DNA from: Flavisolibacter sp.
GTDB taxonomy: Bacteria > Bacteroidota > Bacteroidia > Chitinophagales > Chitinophagaceae
Assembly: GCA_045805145.1 (NCBI GenBank)
Contig: JBJMLU010000130.1
Span: 5,392-69,391, forward strand
Direction: 5' to 3'
DNA length: 64,000 nucleotides
Shown: piece by piece, positions 40,130 through 49,303 of the stretch
How positions within the stretch are numbered: the first letter of the stretch is position 1
Layout: every line of letters starts with the position of its first letter
The notes under the pieces: generated by a model
The model's input: only the letters and a program-made list of their open reading frames with translations
Database searches by the model: none
Told to the model about the DNA's origin: nothing
Program-made: the position numbers and the translations under genes

Positions 40130-40387
40130 CTAGAGTTTCCAGAAAAATTTATGGAAAGCAAGGGGTAATTCCTCCAGTCGATCGGTAGCCCAGGCTCCTG
40201 AATTTGTGTCCTGGAAATGTTGGAGATCACGAATACGGGAACAAAAATGTTCAAATCCGGAAAAGGACATTCGGCGGATGGCATCAATCAATTCGGTTTT
40301 ATCGAAATGTTCTCCCTGCATGCATTGCTGAATCACTACGGCTGGTTCGTTCTGATTTTCGGGAGTCTCCCGGATATGATAATTCAT
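40130..40387 (-). CDS. Small hypothetical protein
   Basis: 85 aa from MNYHIRET, inside track ORF 40130-40468. Several overlapping alternative ORFs make the call uncertain. Confidence 0.42.
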   Translation of the reverse strand: MNYHIRETPENQNEPAVVIQQCMQGEHFDKTELIDAIRRMSFSGFEHFCSRIRDLQHFQDTNSGAWATDRLEELPLAFHKFFWKL

Positions 40388-40745
40388 AATGAGGCAGTCC
40401 CAAAAAACAATCCTTTCCCCAAAAAACGACAGAAGGCTTTTACCACCAGTTATAAACAGAATTATCAACAGGAAAGCAAGCGGAAAAAGGTAAAAGCGAA
40501 ACTATGGATTGGCGTCAGGGCCGGAAGAAGATTTAATAATGTGCGACCCACATATATCTTTTACCTGCCTATTATAAAAACTATAAAGCCCCGCTATCCC
40601 GAAGGCCACGCAGAGCTTTACACGTCTTTTGTTTTTAGTTGTGAAATAATTACTTAAATAATCATGCCATAGCCCTGACGCGAGGCGGTAAATTCCTGGA
40701 GCCCTTTTAACCCTTAGGCCTCCTGTTGATAAAATTATCGACTGA

Positions 40746-40764
40746 TTGCTAAATATTTTAGTAA
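40746..40764. promoter_or_regulatory. Palindromic operator upstream of imuA, candidate SOS box (CTAA-N5-TTAG)
   Basis: TTGCTAAATATTTTAGTAA, a near-perfect palindrome ending 22 nt before the imuA ATG. Confidence 0.6.
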
Positions 40765-40786
40765 TCTTGTTCCCGATGTACCCCTT

Positions 40787-41515
40787 ATGCAGCAAGGCAA
40801 AGCCCATATTCTTTCAGATTTAAAAAAACAGATCCTTCCTCTCCAGGGCCTCAAACCCCTATTGCAGGATGCGCTTCCAGAAATAGGACTAGGCTCCCTG
40901 AACTTTGCTTTCCCCCATGCTACATTCCCGCTCGGCTCCCTCCATGAATTTATTTGCGAAGGAGAAGAATCATCTGCGGCTTCGCTTGGGTTTGTCTCCT
41001 GTATAACAGGCATCCTTATGCGAAAAAGCGATCCTGTAGTCTGGATCAGTTCCCGGAAAAATATTTTTCCATCTTCGCTGGTTTCTTTTGGCATGCGTCC
41101 GGAAAAAATCATTTTCATCCATCTTCAAAAAGAAAAAGATATTCTGTGGGCCATTGAGGAATCGCTCAAATGCGAAGGGCTTGCTGCCGTAATTGGAGAA
41201 ACACGTCAATTGAGCTTCGATGCCTCCAGGCGCATGCAACTGGCCATTGAAAAAAGCAGGGTAACAGGTTTTCTTATCCTCCATTCCCTTCATGCCCAGA
41301 TCACCTCCTCTGTTGGAAAGTGGCGGATCAAATCACTTCCCAGTGAAACGGAAGACGGACTTCCTGGAGTAGGCTTTCCGCGGTGGAATGTGGAATTGCT
41401 CAAGATCAGAAATGGAAAGCCGGGTTGCTGGCAACTGGAATGGAGAGAAGGAAAATTCAAAGAGCTGCTCACCATTCAAATTCCACAGGAAGAGCAACAA
41501 AAAAAAGCCGGATAA
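40787..41515 (+). CDS. imuA: ImuA-like RecA-superfamily mutasome accessory protein
   Basis: FPLGSLHEF..VVWIS..FGMRPEKIIF..WAIEESLKCEGLAAVIGE..SRRMQLAIEKS. First gene of an imuA-imuB-dnaE2 cassette. Confidence 0.9.
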   Translation: MQQGKAHILSDLKKQILPLQGLKPLLQDALPEIGLGSLNFAFPHATFPLGSLHEFICEGEESSAASLGFVSCITGILMRKSDPVVWISSRKNIFPSSLVSFGMRPEKIIFIHLQKEKDILWAIEESLKCEGLAAVIGETRQLSFDASRRMQLAIEKSRVTGFLILHSLHAQITSSVGKWRIKSLPSETEDGLPGVGFPRWNVELLKIRNGKPGCWQLEWREGKFKELLTIQIPQEEQQKKAG

Positions 41516-43017
41516 TGTCCAAACGTTTTGTATCTGTCTGGTTTCCGCACCTCATTACAGACTGGTTTGTGATCAGCAATCCATCCCTGCGTGGTAAAAA
41601 TTTTGTCGTGACCTCAATAGTGCATGGACAGATGATGGTTACTGCAGCAAATCCTTCTGCCCTTGCGCAGGGCATTGAAACTGGAATGGTTTTAAACAAT
41701 GCCCGGGCCCTGGTTTCAGATCTTGTAGTGTTGGATGAAAAGCCCGGACTCAAGGAAAATCTTTTAAAACGCCTGGCCCTCTGGTCTGTCCGCTTCACTC
41801 CCTTCACGGCTATCGACCTTCCTGATGGATTGATCCTGGACGCTTCGGGATGTTCGCATCTCTGGGGAGGCGATCAAAATTATATTCTTGAGATTGGACT
41901 GAGGCTTCGCGAAAGAGGTTATCAATTGCGCATAGCCATGACCGATACCATTGGCTCTGCCTGGGCCCTGTCACGTTTTGGAAATCCACCCTTGGTAATT
42001 GAAAAAGGAAAACAAACAGAAGCCCTTCTCAATTTGCCTGCAGCCTCACTTCGCCTGCCAATGGAAACAACAGAGCTGCTGAACAAACTCGGACTCCACC
42101 GTGTCAGCGACTTTCTTCACCTTCCCCGTCCTTCATTGCGCAGACGGTTTGGCCATGTCCTTCTTCAAAGGATCGACCAGGCCTTGGGCAATGAGGAAGA
42201 AAATATCGAGCCTGTCCGAATACCAGAACCTTATAGCGAAAGATTAAATTGTCTCGAGCCGATCATCACCCACACTGGAATTGAAATCGCACTGAAAAAA
42301 TTATTGGAGATGATCTGCCAGCGATTGCAAAAAGAAGAAAAAGGACTCCGATCCGCGGTATTCCGTGCCTACCAGATGAATGGAGCAATGGCGCAGATCG
42401 TTATTGAAACAGGAAGATCTTCTTCCCATGCAGAACATCTGTTCAAACTCTTCGAGATCAAGCTGCCCATTCTTCAACCCGAATCTGGTATCGAACTCTT
42501 TGTACTCGAAGCAAAAAGAATTGAAGACCATGGGGCAAGACAGGAAAAATTCTGGAACCTTTCTCCGGATGCGCAGCATATTCAATTAACAGAATTACTT
42601 GACCGGCTTTCAGCAAAATATGGAGCGCAAAATATTCAACGATACATCCCTGATGAACATCACTGGCCGGAGCGTTCCTTTCAACCTGCCTCCTCTTTAA
42701 GTGAAGTTGAAGAAACAATTTGGAAACAGGACCGGCCAAGACCTTTGCAGATGCTCACAAAACCAGAACCTATTTTGGTTACGGCACCCATTCCCGATTA
42801 TCCTCCCATGCTGTTTCGATACAAAGGGAAATTGCACAAAATTGTAAAGGCCGATGGACCGGAAAGAATTGAACAGGAATGGTGGATCCAGCAAGGTGAA
42901 CACCGTGATTATTATTATGTGGAAGATGAAGAAGGTTGTCGTTACTGGATTTTCAGGCTGGGCCATTATGATGCTCCGGAAACAAAAGGCTGGTTCCTTC
43001 ATGGATACTTTGCTTGA
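41515..43017 (+). CDS. imuB: ImuB, Y-family polymerase-like protein
   Basis: Start at the TAATG overlap (MSKRFVSVWFP). RFTPF..DGLILDASGCSHLWGG and GPERIEQEWW..RDYY motifs. Confidence 0.92.
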   Translation: MSKRFVSVWFPHLITDWFVISNPSLRGKNFVVTSIVHGQMMVTAANPSALAQGIETGMVLNNARALVSDLVVLDEKPGLKENLLKRLALWSVRFTPFTAIDLPDGLILDASGCSHLWGGDQNYILEIGLRLRERGYQLRIAMTDTIGSAWALSRFGNPPLVIEKGKQTEALLNLPAASLRLPMETTELLNKLGLHRVSDFLHLPRPSLRRRFGHVLLQRIDQALGNEEENIEPVRIPEPYSERLNCLEPIITHTGIEIALKKLLEMICQRLQKEEKGLRSAVFRAYQMNGAMAQIVIETGRSSSHAEHLFKLFEIKLPILQPESGIELFVLEAKRIEDHGARQEKFWNLSPDAQHIQLTELLDRLSAKYGAQNIQRYIPDEHHWPERSFQPASSLSEVEETIWKQDRPRPLQMLTKPEPILVTAPIPDYPPMLFRYKGKLHKIVKADGPERIEQEWWIQQGEHRDYYYVEDEEGCRYWIFRLGHYDAPETKGWFLHGYFA

Positions 43018-43025
43018 AACGAGAA

Positions 43026-43106
43026 AGCTATGAGCTGTGAGTTTGGAGCTGTGAGAAGCTTCGAGACTCGCGGCTCCTCGTAGCTCAAAGCTCACAGCCC
43101 GCAGCT
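43026..43106. repeat. GAGCTGT/ACAGCTC heptamer hairpin between imuB and dnaE2
   Basis: AGCTATGAGCTGTGAG.. inverted against ..CTCACAGCCCGCAGCT. Same family as 62325-62405 and the outer arms of 27881-28544. Confidence 0.75.
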
Positions 43107-43165
43107 ACATGACACCAAAATATAACCAGGATCATTTAATCAAGCCAGACCACTAAAAACAATAT

Positions 43166-46100
43166 ATGACCTATGCCGAACTTCAGGTAACCTCCAATTT
43201 CAGTTTTCTACAGGGTGCTTCTCATCCTGAAGAACTGATGGAACAGGCTGCAGGCCTGGGTCTGCAGCAAATAGCAATAACCGATGAAAACAGTTTTGCA
43301 GGACTGGTTCGTGGACACATGGCAGCAAAAAAATCCGGACTTCGCTTTATTCCAGGTGTCCGGCTTCAATTGCTTGATGGAGCAGGACTACTGGCTTATC
43401 CAACCGATAAAAATGCTTATTCCAGACTTAGTGCACTCCTTACCAAAGGAAACCTTCGTACAGAAAAAGGAAACTGCCATTTATATAAACAGGATGTGTA
43501 TGAACATGCAGAAGGATCTGAATTCATCGTCATTCCTCCCTGCTGTTTAAATGAACGTTTTGATTTTGCTGATTCATTTAAAAACCTTCTTAACGAATAC
43601 AAACAATCACTGGGTGAACATCTCTACCTCGCAGCTACCAGACACTATCTTGGTGATGACAGCAAACAACTACACCGTATTTCCCAATTATCTTCCTCCT
43701 TCGACATTCCGATGGTTGCCACGAACAATGTTTTTTATCATCACCCCGATCGAAGACAGCTTCAGGATGTTCTCACCTGCATTCGTGAAAAATGTACCAT
43801 TCAAACAGCAGGGTTCCGTCTTCATCCCAATGCTGAACGTCACCTGAAACCGGCGCAGGAAATGATTCGACTGTTTCGCCAGTATCCTGAAGCCATTCGG
43901 AACACAGAAAAAATTGCAGGGCTGTGCCGGTTTTCTCTGGACAGTCTTCAATATGAATATCCCCGTGAGATTACAACCGACGGCCGTACACCGCAGGAAG
44001 AACTATGCTACCGGGTATGGATATGCGCAAAGGAAAGGTTTGGCGAAAACATACCAGAAAAGATTACCCAGAACATTCACTATGAACTTTCCTTTATTGA
44101 GCAAATGAATTATGCGGCTTATTTTCTTACAGTTTACGACCTGGTTCGTTTTGCAAGAGAGCGCGGCATACTTTGTCAGGGAAGAGGATCTGCTGCTAAT
44201 TCAACAGTTTGTTATTGCCTGGGCATTACTTCGGTTGATCCCACAAAATTTGATTTACTATTTGAGCGTTTTATTTCTTCTGCACGCAATGAACCTCCGG
44301 ATATTGATGTAGACTTTGAACACGAAAGAAGGGAAGAAGTGATCCAGTACATCTATGAAAAATATGGACGCGACCGTGCGGCCATCGTTGCCACCGTTAC
44401 CTGTCAGCATCTCAAAGGAGCCATCAGGGATGTAGGAAAGGTCATGGGTTTATCCATTGATACCATCAACCATCTTTCCGGTTCCGCATGGTTTACCGAT
44501 GAACAGTTTGGAGAAAGCCAGCTTGCAGAACAGGGACTCAATCCGCACGATCAGCATCTTCAGAAAACTTTGATGCTCACAAAAGAGTTCATGGGGTTTC
44601 CAAGGCAATTGGGTCAGCATACCGGAGGATTCGTGATCACGGAATCAAAACTTTCTGATCTCTGTCCCATTTTGAATGCAAGAATGGAAAACAGAACTTG
44701 TATCGAATGGGACAAGAATGATATTGACGCATTGGGATTTTTGAAGATCGATGTACTGGCCCTGGGCATGCTTACCTGCATTCGTAAAGCTTTTGATCTG
44801 GCAAAAGAACATTATGATCTTGATCTTACATTGGCCAATATTCCCCAGGATGACAAGGCTGTATATGATATGATCTGCAAAGCAGATACTATTGGTGTAT
44901 TTCAGATTGAAAGCCGCGCGCAACAGGCCATGCTTCCGCTGCTAAAGCCCAGAAATTTTTATGATCTGGTGATTGAAGTGGCCATTGTTCGTCCGGGTCC
45001 CATTCTTGGAGACATGGTGCATCCTTATCTGCGAAGAAGAAATGGAGAAGAGCCGGTGGATTATCCATCCAAAGAACTGGAAGAAATTCTGGGACGCACA
45101 CTAGGCATTCCTCTTTTCCAGGAACAGGCGATGAAGATCGCTATTGTTGCTGCAGGTTTTTCTCCAACAGAAGCAGATGCCCTGCGAAGAAGCATGGCCA
45201 CTTTCAAATTGCAGGGAATGGTATCGAAGTTCCAGGAAAAACTCACCAGCGGAATGAAGCGCAATGGTTATAGTGCTGAATATGCGCAAAGGGTGTTTCG
45301 TCAGCTCGAAGGATTTGGCAGCTATGGATTTCCCGAAAGTCATGCGGCGAGCTTTGCTCTTTTGGTCTATGTTTCTTCCTGGATCAAATGTTATTACCCC
45401 GATGTATTTGCCTGTGCTCTGTTGAATAGTCTGCCCATGGGATTTTATCAGCCCGCGCAAATAGTAGATGATGCCAAAAAACATGGAGTGGAATTAAGAC
45501 CAGTCGATATCAATTTTTCAAATTGGGACAACAGGCTGGAAGAACGATCAGGAAGTTATTGTGCACTTCGATTGGGCTTTCGACAAATCAATGGATTGCG
45601 GGAGGAGGATGTGAAAGTATTGATCGCAGCCAGAGAAAATAATTATTCTGGCGTCACGGCTCTGAGAGATACAGGGCTTTCAAAATCAGCACTGGAAAAA
45701 CTTGCGGATGCCGATGCCTTCCGTTCCATTGGACTGGACAGAAGAGCAGCACTTTGGGAAATTTCCACGATGGATCATCCGGAAGCTTTATTCAAAGGAA
45801 AGAAGACAGAAGAGGAAGCAGTTGACTTGCCGCAAATGACATTGCCGCAACATGTGGTGCAGGATTATCAGAGCCTTTCTCTTTCACTAAAAGCACATCC
45901 TGTGAGCTTTTTGAGATCCAAACTCGATCAGTTGCATGTGGTTCCTGCAAAAAAATTAATGGAATACAAGGATGGCATGATGATCAAAGTTGCGGGACTC
46001 GTTCTCGTGCGACAGCGTCCGGAAACCGCCAAGGGCGTGTGTTTCATGACCATTGAAGATGAGGGAGGTTTTGTGAACCTGGTGATTTTTCAAAACCTGT

Positions 46101-46333
46101 TTGAAAAATATAAGAAGCAGGTATTGCAGTCAAAACTGATCATGGTGGAAGGAAGGCTGCAACGTGAAGGTGATGTGATCCATGTCATTGCCTCTTGTTG
46201 TCATGATCTTACCAAATGGTTGCGCGTTCTGCATAGGCCTGAAAATGTTGCAACAAAAATTCCGACACTGGAATTTAACCAGAAGAATGATGTTAAAAAA
46301 GATGTATTTCCTGGATCAAGAAATTTTAGGTGA
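43166..46333 (+). CDS. dnaE2: Error-prone DNA polymerase III alpha subunit DnaE2 (ImuC)
   Basis: YAELQVTSNFSFLQGASHPEEL, QGRGSAANS, EPPDIDVDFEHERREEVIQY, GFPESHAASFA, OB fold RQRPETAKGV, C-terminal SRNFR. Confidence 0.96.
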   Translation: MTYAELQVTSNFSFLQGASHPEELMEQAAGLGLQQIAITDENSFAGLVRGHMAAKKSGLRFIPGVRLQLLDGAGLLAYPTDKNAYSRLSALLTKGNLRTEKGNCHLYKQDVYEHAEGSEFIVIPPCCLNERFDFADSFKNLLNEYKQSLGEHLYLAATRHYLGDDSKQLHRISQLSSSFDIPMVATNNVFYHHPDRRQLQDVLTCIREKCTIQTAGFRLHPNAERHLKPAQEMIRLFRQYPEAIRNTEKIAGLCRFSLDSLQYEYPREITTDGRTPQEELCYRVWICAKERFGENIPEKITQNIHYELSFIEQMNYAAYFLTVYDLVRFARERGILCQGRGSAANSTVCYCLGITSVDPTKFDLLFERFISSARNEPPDIDVDFEHERREEVIQYIYEKYGRDRAAIVATVTCQHLKGAIRDVGKVMGLSIDTINHLSGSAWFTDEQFGESQLAEQGLNPHDQHLQKTLMLTKEFMGFPRQLGQHTGGFVITESKLSDLCPILNARMENRTCIEWDKNDIDALGFLKIDVLALGMLTCIRKAFDLAKEHYDLDLTLANIPQDDKAVYDMICKADTIGVFQIESRAQQAMLPLLKPRNFYDLVIEVAIVRPGPILGDMVHPYLRRRNGEEPVDYPSKELEEILGRTLGIPLFQEQAMKIAIVAAGFSPTEADALRRSMATFKLQGMVSKFQEKLTSGMKRNGYSAEYAQRVFRQLEGFGSYGFPESHAASFALLVYVSSWIKCYYPDVFACALLNSLPMGFYQPAQIVDDAKKHGVELRPVDINFSNWDNRLEERSGSYCALRLGFRQINGLREEDVKVLIAARENNYSGVTALRDTGLSKSALEKLADADAFRSIGLDRRAALWEISTMDHPEALFKGKKTEEEAVDLPQMTLPQHVVQDYQSLSLSLKAHPVSFLRSKLDQLHVVPAKKLMEYKDGMMIKVAGLVLVRQRPETAKGVCFMTIEDEGGFVNLVIFQNLFEKYKKQVLQSKLIMVEGRLQREGDVIHVIASCCHDLTKWLRVLHRPENVATKIPTLEFNQKNDVKKDVFPGSRNFR

Positions 46334-46345
46334 GAGAAAAATAAA

Positions 46346-46393
46346 AAACGCAAAGGACGCGGGGGACGCAAGGAGGGAGACGCAAAGGTTCGC
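46346..46393. repeat. Isolated CGCAAAG-family arm after the dnaE2 stop
   Basis: 48 bp with one mismatch to 47725-47772 (direct), and an inverted match to 48086-48130. Confidence 0.85.
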
Positions 46394-46532
46394 AAAGCTT
46401 TGTATGTAAAATTCCCCTGCTTTCATTCCCGCCGGGCAGAACAAATTTTTCTTTCTCCTCGCTCCTTGGTTTTAAATTCTTCATGATTCACGTTTCCCCA
46501 TTCATGAAACGATTGAGGCTTGACGATATTAT

Positions 46533-47003
46533 TCACGCTTGACGCTTGACGATTGACGTCTTTATTCTCAGATCATAGACAAAATCAGTTTTGGAAATGA
46601 TCTTCACCCATTGAATATCCTTATGAAGTGGGTTGATGAGAAAATTATTTTCTTCCGGAAGAACCGCAGAAGGAAGTTGGATGATGAGATGTGACTTCAA
46701 CAATTCTGTTCCGAAATCACGGGTGGAAGCAGGAGCAGGACTGTCGCGCCAGTTGCCGGGAATCTCACTGATAGCAGCTGAATAAATTTTCTTGTCGGGA
46801 ATTTCCAGCGTGATCATGCTGAGGGCTCTTGGAATTTCATCGATACCCACATTCACAGTGTACTCGAGCAAGGCCAGCGCGCGGCTTTCCGAAGCATAGA
46901 TGCAAGGAATGCCTGTCTGATTCCATCTTCCTCCATGAAGCCTGGCTCCTTCTCCACTCAGGTCATCCGACCATTTGGTTCTTGCCAATCGGTACACCAG
47001 CAT
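46533..47003 (-). CDS. RES domain toxin (ParT/MbcT-like NAD+-consuming family)
   Basis: MLVYRLA (R), SGEGARLHGGRWN..IYASESRALALLE (E), PSAVLPEENNFLINPLH (S/N). Confidence 0.92.
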   Translation of the reverse strand: MLVYRLARTKWSDDLSGEGARLHGGRWNQTGIPCIYASESRALALLEYTVNVGIDEIPRALSMITLEIPDKKIYSAAISEIPGNWRDSPAPASTRDFGTELLKSHLIIQLPSAVLPEENNFLINPLHKDIQWVKIISKTDFVYDLRIKTSIVKRQA

Positions 47004-47004
47004 A

Positions 47005-47529
47005 TCAGGAGTATACACCGTAGTCGATACGGCCAATGAGGTTTTTCACTTCTTCGCGGCCAAACTGGTTGTGCAGCAGTTCAAAGGGCGTTGATCCACC
47101 AAGTGCCTTATTCTCACGGAAGATCCATTCATTGAAATCTTCACTGTTACCAAATACTTCATAGCCATAGGAATAAATATCCGCGAGTCCCATGATGCGT
47201 TCACTAAGATCTCCGGAAAACTTAGCTGCACCTTTTTTATTGATCAGGGTGGAACGCGCTACATTCAAGACAGTAGCCAATTGATCGTAATCCAGTCCTG
47301 CTTTTTGTTTGAGCTGCTCGAGGTGCTTTTTTGAAAGTCCCCCTTCAATCAGTTTCATTTTTTCCATGGAAGTAAGCTTGCTCTCAGGAATGGAGCTGGC
47401 TTCCATCAGCACAACACGTGCAGGCGCGCCTACCGGTTTTTTTGCCGCACTCTTCCCTCTTCGGGGAAGCAGGGTCACTGATTTTGCAGGAGGAGAATAG
47501 GCTTTTGATTTTTTTTGATTCCGTGCCAT
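47005..47529 (-). CDS. Xre/MbcA/ParS family antitoxin
   Basis: HTH region GLDYDQLATVLNVARSTL. C-terminal EVFG..FNEWI..NKALGGSTPFELL..GREEVKNLIGRIDYGVYS. Confidence 0.92.
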   Translation of the reverse strand: MARNQKKSKAYSPPAKSVTLLPRRGKSAAKKPVGAPARVVLMEASSIPESKLTSMEKMKLIEGGLSKKHLEQLKQKAGLDYDQLATVLNVARSTLINKKGAAKFSGDLSERIMGLADIYSYGYEVFGNSEDFNEWIFRENKALGGSTPFELLHNQFGREEVKNLIGRIDYGVYS

Positions 47530-47567
47530 AGTATGAATTCATACTAAAGATAGTATAATTTTATACT
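47530..47567. promoter_or_regulatory. Two AGTAT-N6-ATACT operators flanking a -7-like box of the TA promoter
   Basis: AGTATGAATTCATACT (47530-47545) and AGTATAATTTTATACT (47552-47567), 22 bp apart. Minus-strand TATCTTTAG at 47544-47552. Confidence 0.72.
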
Positions 47568-47575
47568 TATCCAAG

Positions 47576-48258
47576 GGGTTTCACGCAAACCTGCCTGCCG
47601 GTAGGCAGGGACGCAAAGGAAAGGAAGACGCGAAAGTGTTCGCTTCGCTCAAGTGAAGGGAGTTTTTAAATGCAGTGGGTGCAAAGTGTGGATGTTTTTT
47701 TTAAAGCGGGGGGGGAGAGGTTTTAAACGCAAAGGACGCGGGGAACGCAAGGAGGGAGACGCAAAGGTTCGCGTGGCTCAAGGGTTGTATATGGGAATAT
47801 TTTTTAGAGCAAGAGCGTGCGTTGCAAAGAGATTAAATGCCTCACAGGGTTTATGTTATTTATTTTAGGTGTCTTTGGAACCGGCTGCACTGCTACCAGC
47901 AGCTTTACTTGTATCAGTCACTTGTACTGTAGTGATTCTATTCAGCAAGGCACTACACAATAAATTTAACTTCCAATTCAAAAATCAACTACAACCTATT
48001 TTCACCAACCACCCACAAGGAGTACACTCCCAATTAAAAAAATAAATTAGCCACCCGAAAGCGACATGAACCATTTCTTTCTCTCACCTTTGCGTCTCCC
48101 TCCCTTGCGTCCCCCGCGTCCTTTGCGTTTAAAACCTCTCCCCCCCGCTTTAAAAAAAACATCCACACTTTGCACCCACTGCATTTAAAAACTCCCTTCA
48201 CTTGAGCGAAGCGAACACTTTCGTGTCTTCCTTTCCTTTGCGTCTTGGCGTGAAACCC
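47576..48258. mobile_element. 683-bp non-coding inverted-repeat element (MITE/REPIN-like), copy A1
   Basis: Arms 47576-47768 and 48086-48258 are near-identical reverse complements starting GGGTTTCACGC. Core is homologous to 52230-52522. No target duplication seen. Mobility is inferred. Confidence 0.75.
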
Positions 48259-48341
48259 TATTGACAAAATTTCTTAGAGATGATTCTACTTCCTTCATGC
48301 ATCGGTTCAGGAGAGTTTGGTGTCAGGGAAAAGAAAAGCGA

Positions 48342-48959
48342 ATGCGAAAGGTTTATGCCATCCTTTTGATGCTTTACTGGTGCATTACAACGCATCCACA
48401 GGAAAATAAAGTCCGTTACGAAAATCAGGTCTGGGTCAATCTACCGAGGCTGATTGATCCGGCAAACCCTGGGATAGAAATGGGATATGAAAGAGCTTTG
48501 AGTAGAAAGTTTTCACAAGATGTCATCATAGGGTGGATGCGCCCGGTCTTTCAAACCAATAAGTTTGAAGGCTATCGATTCGGATTAGAAGAAAAAATTT
48601 TTTTGAATAGGCATGAACCGGCACTTTACTTAGCAGCCCAATTGATATACAATCATTCGGCGCTATACCACGTCGATAATTATGGCTATGACAGCACCGC
48701 TAATGCATTCGTTAATGCACCATTTACAATCGTACAGGAAAACCTTTCCCTGAACTTCATATCGGGACTTGTAGCGCATTGGAGAAGAGTTGTGTTGGAC
48801 CTGTATATGGGAATTGGAATCAAATACAGAACCATTCGTCATATCAATAGGAAATATCCCATTCAACCCCGGCTCGGGTTTGATCCCTATCGATCGAGGG
48901 AGGGATCGTCCTGGCAACCAAATCTTCCAATATCCATTCGCATTGGTTTCGCCTTTTAA
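48342..48959 (+). CDS. Putative outer-membrane beta-barrel protein (DUF3575-like)
   Basis: Signal-like N-terminus from MRKVYAILL, alternating beta-strand pattern, C-terminal IRIGFAF. Confidence 0.65.
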   Translation: MRKVYAILLMLYWCITTHPQENKVRYENQVWVNLPRLIDPANPGIEMGYERALSRKFSQDVIIGWMRPVFQTNKFEGYRFGLEEKIFLNRHEPALYLAAQLIYNHSALYHVDNYGYDSTANAFVNAPFTIVQENLSLNFISGLVAHWRRVVLDLYMGIGIKYRTIRHINRKYPIQPRLGFDPYRSREGSSWQPNLPISIRIGFAF

Positions 48960-49096
48960 TTCAGTATTTCGTCCACTTGATCACGACATTCACGTTTGCC
49001 GAATTGACTTCCTGATTCATTCAGTATTAAGGTCTATCAATTATCAACTTTGCCTTGCCGCACACAGACATCAACTTCAAAAAAAATCTCCGAAAT

Positions 49097-49260
49097 GAAC
49101 TTTGCGTTCTTTTGCCCCGCATTTGCGGGGATTATTTCTTTATCTTAAACTTTCCGCATCAAACCACCAGTAACACCAAAAAAATCTCCATCATCCCTCG
49201 CTCTACCCAAAAAATATTTGCGTCTTTGCCTCTTCGCATCTTTGCGTGAAACCCTATTGA
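49097..49260. repeat. Degenerate right arm of the CGCAAAG family
   Basis: CTTTGCGT modules ending GCGTGAAACCCTATTGA (49244-49260), identical to 48248-48264. Confidence 0.7.
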
Positions 49261-49303
49261 AGATTGACGATTTCCGTCTTATATTGAGAGAAATCAATTC
49301 TTC

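Noticed and set aside
40511-40681. 10-bp inverted repeat GCGTCAGGGC / GCCCTGACGC
   Set aside because: Real but short, with no second copy in the window; not enough to define an element.
47653-48267. Two ORFs on opposite strands sharing KGVFKCSGCKVWMFF, suggesting a zinc-finger gene pair
   Set aside because: The identity is simply the two arms of the inverted repeat.
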